Part shown: positions 25,847 through 38,395 of the stretch, piece by piece | Position numbering within the stretch: position 1 is the first letter of the stretch | How the letters are laid out: every line of letters begins with the position of its first letter | DNA from: Octopus bimaculoides | Lineage: Eukaryota | Length of the DNA stretch: 64,000 nucleotides | Reading direction: 5' to 3' | Assembly (NCBI RefSeq): GCF_001194135.2 | Contig: NC_068986.1 | Location: 80,258,819-80,322,818 of the forward strand | Notes under the pieces: model-generated | Database searches by the model: none | The model's input: only the letters and a program-made list of their open reading frames with translations | What the model was told of the DNA's origin: nothing | Made by a program: the position numbers and the translations under genes

Positions 25847-26978
25847 CCCTATGCAAATCCATTTTTACCTCTGGGAAGGAGTGATCCTTATTAGTCTGCC
25901 CTCTATGCTTTGACCTGACCAGCATAGACAACCCTACCAGGAACTTGCATTCTGCTGACATAGTTCTCAGTCACTCAGGCAAATAAACCACCACATCACA
26001 AGGACTGGGTTATTTTGTTGTGGCACTGATTAACTTTGTAAGCATAAAATGAAAGCAAACAAAAATATGAAACTTAACCAAACTTTTGAACATATTTCTC
26101 TGCTCTGCTTAATGAGCCAGGCACCAGAGGAATGGGAAATGGTTTTCTAACCTGTCTAGGAGAGCGGTAATTCAGATTAAGAACTAACTCAAACTTTAAT
26201 GACCTGCTTAATTTCTACTAGCATGGAAAACAGATGTAAAATGAGGACAATGATATCATATATACCATTCTTTCATTTGTTTTACAGCCATTTTACCATG
26301 CTAGCATGGGTTAGGTGGAATATATTAAGGCATTGTTTTACAGATGAAGGTCTTTTTTATGTTGCTAACCCTTACCAGTTTTTCAAGTAAAGGATCTCTT
26401 ATTCCACATCTTAAAAAGTCAGTCTCACACAAACACATACATTACATATATGTGACGGAGTCTGTACTGTAGGTTTCCTTCAGTTTCCACTTACCAAATC
26501 CACTCACATGGCTTTGGTTGACCCAGGAAGACTGAACCTAAAACTTAACTTCACAAATCACACAGCCATATCTCTACTTAAATATCACTACTTTACAAAT
26601 TCACTAAGTCTAATTGGCATAATAGTCAACTTAATGATGATGATGAGATAGATATATATGTATATCATATTTATGTACATATATATCATACACTAAACAC
26701 ATAATCAACATATGTGAACAACTTTTGTTTTTGTTTTTGGAAGTGCCAAATGTGTTTCGAATTATACAGACAAGAAAGTAATATTTCAAATGTAGTATAG
26801 CTGCAAAAGCAGCAAAAAGACTGGTTATTTTACCTTTATAAGATGGAAAAAGTTTTGTCTGTATAATATGAAATACATTCAATGCTTCCCAAAACACAAA
26901 AAAAGTTTGTTTACATATGTTGTTGCAGTCCAAAAATGCCATATTTAGAATTTAATTTGATGGAGATTGCTGTCAGTG

Positions 26979-27049
26979 GGCAGTTCAGTTTAATGGTAGA
27001 GTACTCAGCCAGCATCTGAGAGGTGCAGGTTCAAGTCCCATGGCTGCCT
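26979..27049 (+). pseudogene. tRNA-like sequence with anticodon AGC (Ala-like pseudogene or orphan SINE head)
   Basis: Acceptor stem GGCAGTT/GGCTGCC, D-loop TAATGGTAGAG, perfect anticodon stem CTCAG-ccAGCat-CTGAG, B-box GGTTCAAGTCC. The T-stem has two mismatches, position 8 is C, and there is no G3:U70 pair. Confidence 0.6.
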
Positions 27050-27223
27050 GCTAGCAGCTTTTGACATCTTATAAGGGTACAATACCCAATCTTTCTGCTG
27101 TTTTCACAGTATACTGCATTCAAAATATTACTTTGTCTGTATTATACATTCATAATTATACTATGACAAATAAAGTGGTAATAGAATAATAGATATAATA
27201 GAAAAGCAGTTCATTATTCTTAC

Positions 27224-27405
27224 CTTTTTCAGAATCGAGAATGTCACGAACTCGGAAGACAAATACATAAAATACAGCTTGGCATAAATAATAAAATGGT
27301 TCGTGGTTTTTAAGAAATGCTGGTTTCTTGTCTTTATTGTTACTAGCCATATCAATGTAGTCGTGAATCCACTGACAGAATACTTCAAGGCATACTAATA
27401 AAGAA
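27224..27405 (-). CDS. RRN3: RRN3 coding exon 11
   Basis: SLLVCLEVFCQWIHDYIDMASNNKDKKPAFLKNHEPFYYLCQAVFYVFVFRVRDILDSEK (human HGPFYSACQAVFYTFVFR). ttcag/gtaaga, 182 nt, phase 2/1. Confidence 0.96.
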
Positions 27406-29742
27406 CTGAAAAAGAAGATAAAGAAAATACTGAAAATAATAATACTTTTTCACTATCACAATCTGGTTGACTAATGGCTTATGAATGAAATTTTGTGCAT
27501 GGAAACTGAACAGAAACCAACTGAGTGTGAGTGTGTGTGAGTGCATGTATGTGTACGTGTGTATACGCATGGCTGGATGTGTGGTTAAAAAGCTCACTTT
27601 ACAGGACATGCTTTGGGTTTCGTCCCACTGTGTGGCTCCTGGGGCAAGTGGGAGGGGATCTGTATTCGTAAAAAAGAAAAAAAATTATATATGAAAAAGT
27701 CCCATTCTATGCTAATTACTCAGAGTGTATCCTTCTTTATGAGGTGATAAATGAATCAATTTCAATTATGAGGTGATAAATGAATCAATTTCATGCACTT
27801 CCAAAATGGAATGACTGATAGATAGATTCATTGACACCAAACCCACAACTCACAGAAGCAAAGTTTCCACTATCACATATTTTTGATCATCTCGACATTT
27901 TCTTCTAGGTAGAATACACTTCTTTGTATCATTTATTAAGATCAGGTATCTTTCATTTATGTACTTGCACCCATGTTGATGGGTGCAATAATGTAAATCT
28001 TTATGAAAGACGCACAACCTTGCAGAACAGTCATGTAAATACAAGCAAAAGCCTGTGCATTCTGGGTAGGTGAGCATTGTGGATGGTCTCTGGAGTATGT
28101 TTCTTGCAGTACAAGTATAACTTTTGACTAATTGCCAGCCCGTGTTATCACAGATCAACCTATGACAAGCAAAACATAGTTCACAATTGAGCATACTATG
28201 TTATCCCAGATCAGTGATGAAGGAATTAATGATAAACAAGGCTACATGTATAAAATATTGCAGTAAGAATTTTGTGTAATGTCAGCAATGACTAACAAAT
28301 TTCGATTTCATTCACACCATTTGGGTGAAGGAACAAAGTGGCCTTTTTCTCAATGAGACAGAGTGGACAATGTTACTTAGAAAGAAAATTACCAACAAGG
28401 TAAGATGCAGCACTGCCAGAGTCACCTATGTCTGTTCTCTGAAGGACAATGTTCACTGCTTTTAAAACAGTGGTTCATTTTTCACTTGACATCACTTACA
28501 CTCGCATCAATTTTGTAATTTGTGTTGTCCTCCTTGCCTCGCCAATAAAATGGTCACTTTGGTCTAAAACATGAACGATTTGAACAAGAAGTTGAACGTT
28601 ATCAGTCACTATAGTCACTGCATGAAATTCTAGATGCAAGATAGATATGATCAATTAATTAATATCTAACAGAAGATATATTTATCATCTTGCAATACAT
28701 ATTGTCTCCCTTGCACCATTTATGACAGTTTAACATCACCTTTGTACTACGTCTTACTATATTTATACTATATCAGTAGTAACATGCCACAGGGGTCGAT
28801 TTTACCTTTTATCCTTTCAGATCAATAAAATAAGTACCAGTAATCGACTAACTCCCTCCCCCGAAATTGCTGGCCTTGTGACAGAATTTGAGACCATTAT
28901 TACCAATAACTTTCGATTTTTTTTTCTCTTGTCATGCACTTTTGCAAAGTTCATTTTTACAGTTGCACAAAAATAAAACAGAAGGGCATTAATTTTTTCA
29001 AACGTTTTTTTTTTTCTTTAGGTGCAAACCCAACCACATGGTGTCAGGTTCAGTCCCCCTATAACACTTTGATCCAGTGTCTTATATTATAACTACAGGC
29101 CAACTAAAACTTTAGAAACTGAAAGAATCCTGTCATGTGAATATATTTATTTGTATATGTGAGTGAATCTGTGTGCATTTCTCTTTTATTTGTTTGTCAT
29201 TTGACTACAGCCATGCTGGAGTACCACCTTTAGTCAAACAAACTAACCCCAGAACTTATTCTTTGTAAACCTAATATTTATTCTGTCAATCTCTTTACCA
29301 AACAGCTAAGTTACAGGAATGTAAACACACCAGCATCGGTTGTCAAGCTATGGTGGGTGGACAAACACACACACAACGGGCTTCTTTCAGTTTCTGCTTA
29401 CCAAATCCACCCTCATGGCTTTCGTCGGCCCAAGGCTATATTAGAAGACACTTGCCCAATTTGCCACGCAGTGGGGCTGAACCCAGAACCATGTGGTTGG
29501 TAAGCAAGCTACTTACTACACACCCACTCTTGCACCGATGTACACAAATGCTTCTTGGTGGTGTCATTTGTTTGTAGTCCAAAACAAAAGCATGTCTCTG
29601 AGCTGTTTGTAGTTCAGTAGAACAAGAGATTATTACCTCACTTGTAAACAGGTGGCAGCTGGTAACAGGAACTGTCCAAACATTCTCTCCTGACTCATAC
29701 AAGCAGGGAAAAATAGAATAAAATGATAATTATATGTGTGTA

Positions 29743-29804
<62 letters not shown>

Positions 29805-31978
29805 CATATCATCCCCTTTTCCATGCTTGTATAGGTTAGACAGAGTTTATTGAGGTAGATATTTTTTATAGTCAAATGCCCTTCCTGGCACCAACCCTGT
29901 CCTGTTTCCAAACAAGGTAATATCTCCCCATGGCCTGTCATATCTTTGCAGAATATTGGAAATGACAGTGCCACTCAATCATGACAATCATGCAATGCCA
30001 AGACAAGGAAACAAATACACACGTGCACACAGACGTGTGTGTGTGTGTGTGTATGCACCACACACACACATGACGATCTTTTTACAGTTTCCATCTCTCA
30101 AATCTACTCACAAATTTAAGAATGTAAGAAATATATACAAAATATAATGAAATGATAACAATTGTAAGAAATAGTTATTGATGAGGTGTAGTTGGGTTAA
30201 TCACTCTCAATTATGTTATTGGACATACAAGTTTGGAAGACAGAAACAACAATGACAGCTTTTGATCATAGTTACTACTGAAAGTTACGCTTAGTTTTGT
30301 ACTGTCTTTCGTGTCATTTAATTCCCCGTTGTAAAGTAAGGATTCCTAACAGAGGCTAACGGTCATAGATATGTAAAGGAAGGGTAATTCAGTATGGAGA
30401 AGAATGTGAATCAAACTCAACTCTGGAAGAATTTGGCCTCAGCTTACATGCATTGAGTCCTTTCATTTCTGGCAAATATGCCATGAACAAGGATAAAATA
30501 TGCTTAGCCTTTAATGCAAATAGTTGGCATTTTATCTTTAGTCTATTAACTAGAATGTGATTCGAGTTTCAAACCACCTAAAAATTGATAGATGATAGTA
30601 TTTCAAATTAGGGGAGCTAATTCATAATAGTAAAAAAAAATGTTACTCAGGCTATTACCTCCCCTACATTTGTCTTTTATTAATTTAATATATTGGACGT
30701 CAATTGTGATATTAACGCTTTAACATTCATTACATCGCTTGTATGTGTGGAGGAGAGTTCGGTCATGAAGTATATCGCCGTCATTTGACCTCACCACTTT
30801 TTCTCACGTCCCTCTTCCATAAGTAGCTTCTAACGTCAGTACATAATACATTTTTAACCCGCATCCATCACCTTTTCACATTAAATATTCTTACTAATAG
30901 TCGAATTTCAACTCACTCTCAGCTCAGTTCAGTTCCAATTCTCCAGCTAATCATACACAATTTATTTCCAACTAGCCTTCATAATTCTTCCAGTAAATGT
31001 TTCATAGTCTAACTTTTGCAAAGATAGAAGGTATTTCTTCCCAACCATTTTCTTCACCTAACTACATTTTCTTATCCTTCATAATATTGCTAATTTGGAA
31101 AAAGTATGGTAATAGCACCAATATAATAGAAATTAATCTTATCAAAAAGCAGTAGCATTTATTTTACCACATCCAACCAATAGAAGTTTAGTCCGTAGAT
31201 GCAGGGAGCCCTTTGTTTTTTGAATCAAGTTATTTAAAGAAAGTGTTCAAGTTAACATATGGCAAAGTAGAAGGTTTGACAATGAAGGGTTAGATATTGT
31301 TACATAAACACAGCACCAATGACAAGAATAGAAAGTGCAACAGATGTTCAGAGTGCAATGAGCAAGCTTCTAGAAAAGAGATAGAGGGGCATGGATTGAA
31401 AACAAAAACTGAAGATTCTTATTCTAACTAGATTTTCACCCACAGAATCTATAAAATATAAAAAATTTTTTAAAGACCTTGAGCATTTAAACAACACAAA
31501 AATAACAGCTAAATACCCTTTCTAACACTGAAGAGAGGGCAGAATACATTTTCAGGTAGAGATCCAACTAAGTAGAATAATGCATTAGGTCAAAAGAATC
31601 ACTACAAAGCCAAATAGAGGGTTCAACCATAGATTCTTTGAATTATTCCTGGCATTTAAAGCCCATTGATAATTGCACCTCATCATCATTTAATGTCCAT
31701 TTTCCATGCTGGCATGGTTTAGATGGTTTGGCTGGGACTGGTAAGCCAGAGAGGTGCATCAGACTCCAATCTGTTTTGGCTTGGTTTCCATGGATGGATA
31801 CCTTTCCTAACGCCAACCACTTTACAGAGTGTACTGGGTGCTGTTTACAGGTCACCAGCATGGGTGCCTTTTACAGGTCACCTCTAATGAGCAAAAGAGA
31901 GAAAGTAAATGAAAGCAATGTGTTTGTAGTAAAAAGAATTGCTCACAAAATATAGAGATGTAAGAAACTGAAACAAAC

Positions 31979-32109
31979 CTGACAGGTACATATTTCGACC
32001 TAGCAAGGAAACTCCCCAAATAAGAACTGCAAGTTACTCGGAAAATTGGTTCTGTATTTGGGTTGCTGAATTTTTTCCAGAGATAATCCAAAAATCCATC
32101 ACACAATAA
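31979..32109 (-). CDS. RRN3: RRN3 coding exon 10
   Basis: LLCDGFLDYLWKKFSNPNTEPIFRVTCSSYLGSFLARSKYVPV (human FLEHLWKKLQDP..YIGSFLARAKFIP). ttcag/gtttgt, 131 nt, phase 0/2. Confidence 0.96.
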
Positions 32110-32249
32110 CTGAAAACATTAAAATTGAAACCCATATTAAAATACAATTCCATACATATAAAATCAACATTTTTTTGCAAGCAAAAACAGTACATTTTTG
32201 ATACACAAGCACCTACTGAAGAAACATTGGTTGAGCAGTCAGTATATTA

Positions 32250-33290
32250 AGATACTTACTAAAGTTTACAGATGGATGTAGGTTTGAACTGCTCCCAAGT
32301 GTGTGCAATAATCTTAATGTCTCAAGCAATAAGTGTGTCAATATTTTCCAAACAACTATAGCCACCTTTCACAATTTTAAACAGCTTGTGGTACATATGG
32401 TTGTAGGGTGAAATGTTTGAAAGTTGGGGGGATTTTATAGATTCCAGCCACACTCAGAAATAGTTTCAACTCTGTACACATAGCTGGAGAGATGACAAAC
32501 TAGTATATCTATTAAATGTACAACCACCAGATCAAGAAAAGTTTAAATGAGAGCCTTCCAGAAACATTTATGAAATTTAACCTAAAACACCTCATTGAAA
32601 TTATGATAAATACCATTAACTTAGCAGATATCACATTGAAAATAATTCTTGAGTATTATACTTACACCAGCTGACAATGTGCCATCAATAATGACAGCTA
32701 ATTGCAGTATTTTATATATAAGGTACATAATCACACATACAAACATTCACATACTTCCCTTGTACACGCACACACATATACTCACACAGAGTTGAAACAC
32801 TGATTTTTTTTTTTCACCCTTTCTTTTCTTATTCATCAATCACCCCTTTCTTTCTCTCACTCTCTCTCAGTCAGGGCTATTACTCTCACTACTTCTTCAC
32901 TGAATTACTATTTTCTCTCCTCTTCCACATCCAGTGTGATCCTGGACAAATATATAAAAACACTATGTTCATTATTATATTAGGAGATAAAGCCAAACAA
33001 AGACCTATACTAGTAACAGAAAATTCTATATAATCCACCTACAAAATTATTAAAAAAACTTAATAATATCAACAAGAACATAACTTATTAATTCTGACAA
33101 AAGGTATTTAATTGTGCTACACATATTTAGAATATGGTGATAAAAAGCAGATTTGAAGAGAAACAGGTTATGTGAGTTAATGGATCGATGTATAGGTACA
33201 TAAGAAAACCAAGAAAAGAAAAATTTTCTGGTTCAATCTATCCTTTAACTAGAATGTATATTGAAGTATAATCAAAAATTTACCATTCAT
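32250..33290 (+). mobile_element. Penelope-like element reverse-transcriptase relic
   Basis: WRDDKL (~32485, cf. YRDDGL), NTINLADITL (~32609, cf. KIVNFLDVTL) and KRKIFWFN (~33215, cf. RKIIWFNPPF), with frameshifts and a low-complexity insertion. Confidence 0.65.
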
Positions 33291-34666
33291 CATTTTTATG
33301 TCTGGTTTTTCCATACTGATACGTACTAGACATAACCTTGTTCATGAGAAAAAATTTCTCCACTGGTAAAGTTGCTATAGTTGTATGAAAAACAAAGCCA
33401 ACCTGATAGCTTAACGAGATAGGATTGAAAATAGGAATAACATAAATCTAGCACCAAAATGCAACTGCATGTCTTACAGAAGTACTAGTATACAAAGACA
33501 TCTTCAGATAATTCAGCTCACAGAGCACACATTGAAGAACAGGTATGCACAGCATGCATAATCTTTCCCAAACAGAAACCAAAGTTAATTCTCTCACTTG
33601 TGTAAAATTATAGAAACACAGACCAAAAGTACTCTCAACATTGCAGCCAATCTCCCTCAAATTACACCATACCATCTTAAAAAGAAAGATATCAAACAAT
33701 GTAGCCTTAGGTATACAAAATGATAGGATGGTAACGGAACACCTTTGATCAAGTCTGTTAAATAAGGACTGACTAGGTAGGAACTGGAGAAATTTCTGAA
33801 ACTACTACATAAATTCTAAGGCTGACTCCAAACTATTCATGCTCATCAATTTGCATAATTATGACAAGATTATAAAAAACGTCTAAGATTAAATATGTGA
33901 TTTTGTTCAGACAGAATTTAAGAGTGAGTTGTCAAAAACTTGTGGATCTGACAATCAGATAATTTCATTTATGGTATAGACGAGACATTTATTTTCATAC
34001 TTCAGGCTAGCAAACTTACACTCCAATCCACAGCAGACAAACTGTAAATAATATATTTAATGCAGTGAGCATCAAAAACCGATTTAGAAATATTTATGCA
34101 GGCTTGATTGGCTGGTTAAGAAGCTTCTTTCACAACTATGTGGTATTTCAAGTTCAGTTTTCAATGTGTGGCATCTAGGGCAAATAAGCTTACCATGTGT
34201 GTGTATGTGAGAATGGATATGTGCTCATGTGCACACTTGTCATGATATTGCATATGTGTAAGTAATTGTCACCGTCATGCAAATGCTGATGTTTGTTTCC
34301 AGTCTTCTATGACAAACATGTCTGGCCAAGGGGAAAAATTCCCTTGCTTAGAAACAGGTGAAGGTTGGTGACAGGAAGGGCAACCAGTTGTAGGAAATCA
34401 AAGAATTCTATCTGATCCATGCAAGCATGGAAAAGCAGACATTAGAATGATGTTGATGCATTGATTAGACAGCATTAGTTCAGATTAAATAGATTAATAT
34501 TATAATCCTATTTACAAATACAGAAAACAACTCCAAGAAATATTTTGGTCATTTAGACCTTAGTAAAACTAAGGCTTTGATATTCTTACTGAAGCATTAA
34601 TGAAAGAATCATTAAATAGATATAGGATACTGCTTACAGGTAAGCATGGAAAATTACAATATTTAA

Positions 34667-36134
34667 CCCTTTCGTTACCATATTTCTAACCAAATTACAC
34701 CCCTTATGTGTTTCAATTAATTTCTAACATTATCATAAATTTAGGCTGGTTTCATTAAACAACTCTAACTTTTTTATTTATCAACATATTAATGTGATTT
34801 TTGGAAGATAAATTAACGAAAGGTTCTCAACCAATTCTATACCAAAATTTTTGTCACAAAGTGACTTTAATTACAGGTAAATACAGGTAAATTCAACAAA
34901 ATATAAAATTATTTAAATTTTTGTTCAAACATCGCTATAGAAAATGGGTTATTAGCTAATATTCAATTGGGTATACAACAAAATATTATTATAGAAGAGT
35001 TGTGCACATTACTGGNNNNNNNNNNNNNNNNNNNNNNNNNNNNNNNNNNNNNNNNNNNNNNNNNNNNNNNNNNNNNNNNNNNNNNNNNNNNNNNNNNNNN
35101 NNNNNNNNNNNNNNNNNNNNNNNNNNNNNNNNNNNNNNNNNNNNNNNNNNNNNNNNNNNNNNNNNNNNNNNNNNNNNNNNNNNNNNNNNNNNNNNNNNNN
35201 NNNNNNNNNNNNNNNNNNNNNNNNNNNNNNNNNNNNNNNNNNNNNNNNNNNNNNNNNNNNNNNNNNNNNNNNNNNNNNNNNNNNNNNNNNNNNNNNNNNN
35301 NNNNNNNNNNNNNNNNNNNNNNNNNNNNNNNNNNNNNNNNNNNNNNNNNNNNNNNNNNNNNNNNNNNNNNNNNNNNNNNNNNNNNNNNNNNNNNNNNNNN
35401 NNNNNNNNNNNNNNNNNNNNNNNNNNNNNNNNNNNNNNNNNNNNNNNNNNNNNNNNNNNNNNNNNNNNNNNNNNNNNNNNNNNNNNNNNNNNNNNNNNNN
35501 NNNNNNNNNNNNNNNNNNNNNNNNNNNNNNNNNNNNNNNNNNNNNNNNNNNNNNNNNNNNNNNNNNNNNNNNNNNNNNNNNNNNNNNNNNNNNNNNNNNN
35601 NNNNNNNNNNNNNNNNNNNNNNNNNNNNNNAATTCATTCTCTTTATCGCTATCATTGGAGCTCTCGGATTCACTGCTTTCACTTTCGGAAAATGAAACCT
35701 CAGATTCATTATCAAATACCACGTGCTTTTTTTTTTTCGGTTACAGAGTTAGATTTATCAAGGTCTTCAACGGAAAATCCTTCGAATTCTGACTCGCTGC
35801 TTGACAGAATAAAATTCGTATCCAAATTTTGAAAACACAACAGGAACAAATTTGGAAAAAAATCTCCCAAAATTCACAAAATTAAAAAAACATGTTGATC
35901 ATCATACAAAACTGTAGCTGAACTGTTTACACAAATAATCACGAATGTACTAACGAGATTTGCCCAGATATTCTCATTTAAATATGAATAGGTGATTACG
36001 GGCGGTTTTGGGCAGCTTGGNNNNNNNNNNTCTCATTTAAATATGAATAGGTGATTACGGGCGGTTTTGGGCAGCTTGGTCACATGAACCAAAATTTTTT
36101 TCGGGCAGCTTTGGGCGGTTTGGTAACGAAAGGG
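34667..36134 (-). mobile_element. piggyBac-like DNA transposon, probably internally deleted
   Basis: TTAA at 34663-34666 and 36135-36138. Perfect 14-bp TIR CCCTTTCGTTACCA. The minus strand encodes an acidic piggyBac-like N-terminus (SSSESEFEGF..DNESEVSFSESESSESESSNDSDKENE) with one homopolymer frameshift. The interior is mostly N. Confidence 0.85.
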
Positions 36135-36240
36135 TTAACAAAATAAATTCTTGCAGTTAATTACAGACATAACATACAGAAATAATTATGCAAAAAATAA
36201 AAAAAGGAGGAAACAAAATAGAAAAAAAAACTCTACTTAC

Positions 36241-36410
36241 TATATGATATTTACATATATAAAACATGAAAAACTGTACATGATAAGTTTTGTGAGTTGG
36301 TAAGATGACATTCTCAAATATAAGTAATAATTCACGATACAGTTTCTTACAACTAGGCAAATCGATTTTAGTTTGCATATTACCATCCGGTAATGAGGTA
36401 TTCTCAAAAT
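36241..36410 (-). CDS. RRN3: RRN3 coding exon 9
   Basis: FENTSLPDGNMQTKIDLPSCKKLYRELLLIFENVILPTHKTYHVQFFMFYICKYHI (human LYRDLINIFDKLLLPTHASCHVQFFMFYLC). attag/gtaagt, 170 nt, phase 1/0. Confidence 0.96.
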
Positions 36411-37267
36411 CTAATAATGAAACAAAAAAGACAATGGTTTAAAAATTTATGGATCACTTGTAGCATCTTAAGTTTAAGTTTACAGCCTCAACATTTTCAA
36501 TTCTAACACCTCCACTGATGACAAAATATAGATGAAATCGTATACAGAGAAAAATTAAATTACATCAATACTGACTACAATGCATTTTGTCACAGATACA
36601 CCCACAAAATACCTACTGATGTGTATTTCATATTTTTTAGATAACATTTATGTACAATGTATTAACAGGCCTTCCATATATAGAGCCACACTCAAGAACA
36701 GTGTTAAACTTTTCTGTTCTGTGAGTGTCTACAGTACTATCTCATGTTACAGAAAAGAGATCAAAACAGATAATGTTAAACCCAACAAGGACAGCAGAGT
36801 GACAGACTCATTTGAGCCTGAAGCTTGAAATACTGTGATATTTGTTCCAACTCTTTATGTTGTGAATTCAAATCACAGAGAGGTCAATAAATTAAAGTAT
36901 CAGTCAAGTATTGCAGTCTACCATCCTGCCTCAAATTTCTGGCCCAGAAGCTATGTTAGAAATAATTATTAAATAAATAAAAAAAAACAGTGAGATAGTT
37001 AAAATTAATAGTGCTGAGCAAAATATTGGCATTTATTTTGAGTTTAAATTTGCTTTGCCTGTCATCTCTCTAAATAGGAGGCAGTAATCAGATCAAGTAT
37101 ACTTCTTTATATCTTTTCTTGCAATCATGGACTTGTGGTAAAGCTAAAAATCATTGATACACACACTGCCAAATATTTGTTTAAATCTATATATAACTCA
37201 TTCATACACAAGGTGGCCTGTATAACTTGAATAACATTTAAATGCTTATATGAACAACACAAAAATA

Positions 37268-37799
37268 TACATTTACATTTGATGGATATTTGTCCTCATC
37301 TTGTTAGTTGTTAACATGTTTCAGCTGATATACCTTCCAGCCTTCATTAGGTGTCTTGGGAAAATTTCGAACTTGGGTTCCCATTCCTAAGGTATTTTTT
37401 GATGTTGTTGTTATTATTATTATTATTAAGGTCACTGCCTGGAATCAAAGTCAGAATCTTGGGGTTAGTAGCCTGTGCTCTTAACCACTATGCCATATGC
37501 TCATGGGCATATGGCACAGTGGTTAAGAGCACGGGCTACTAACCCCAAGATTCCAAATTCAATTCCAGGCAGTGACCTGAACAACAACGGCAACAACAAC
37601 GGCAGCGACGATGACAACAACAACAAAAAAAAAGTACCTGAGGAATGAGAACCCAGCTTCAAAATTTCCCCAAGACACCCAATGAAGGCTGGAAGGTATA
37701 TCAGCCGAAATGTTGTGTTAACAACAAACAGAATGAGGACAAATATCTGTCAAATGTAAATAATGTACATAATTCCTCATCTCTTAAATATAGAACTGT
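37268..37799. mobile_element. Head-to-head tRNA-headed foldback retroelement with hammerhead-like motif in each arm; 12-bp TSD
   Basis: Inverted arms 37268-37500 and 37507-~37767. AACACAAAAATA at 37256-37267 and 37800-37811. A-box TGGCACAGTGG at 37512-37522. Hammerhead-like fold at 37674-37719 (+) and ~37311-37355 (-). Confidence 0.85.
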
Positions 37800-37829
37800 A
37801 ACACAAAAATAGTATGGGACCTTGGTCAG

Positions 37830-38230
37830 AGGAGAAAGAGAGGTACACAGCTCAGTTTTTGAAGGAGTTGCAATAGTGGAGGAAACAGAGGAAGAAACCA
37901 ATGCCTCTGGGTTGCTGCAGCAGGACACAGCAGATCAAGATATCATGCCATCCTCAGATCAGAAATCAAATTGCAGTGCTCTAAGCAGAGTGGTGTTACC
38001 TACAAGGGTGTCAGTGTTAAACCAGGTGATAGATAAAGTCTACCACCAATGAACAAGTACAGTCCATTCAATGAGCTTCAATACCATGTCTATAAGGCTT
38101 GGAACAAATGAAGACAATGGTAAAAGGCATTTGCCAAAGGTGTCATACAGCTGGATCAAATCCCAAAACGTGACTGGAAAGTGAACCTCTTCAGCATACT
38201 GGCACAACTTATGCAAGATATGTTCAGTAT
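37830..38230 (+). mobile_element. Possible Gypsy tether / integrase zinc-finger relic
   Basis: EETEEETNASGLLQQ, RVVLP and MKTMVKGICQRC resemble the Gypsy segment upstream of the integrase core. Very decayed. Confidence 0.4.
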
Positions 38231-38395
38231 TATACATAATCATTTATACATTTGAGTGTTTTATGTCCATCATTCTATGCTAGGATGATTTGGATAGAAC
38301 TTATTTGAGGCAGTAATTTACAGCCACGTAACCTTCATGTCCTGAACCATCACCTGCTTCTCCACTGATCTTCAAAAGCACATGGCTATATAATA

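Noticed and set aside
27737-27793. ~29-bp tandem duplication (TTATGAGGTGATAAATGAATCAATTTCA)
   Set aside because: An ordinary small slippage duplication in an intron with no further structure.
27850-28650. Possible Tc1-like transposase relic on the minus strand
   Set aside because: Only vague resemblance; no clear DDE motif or TIR pair could be identified by eye.
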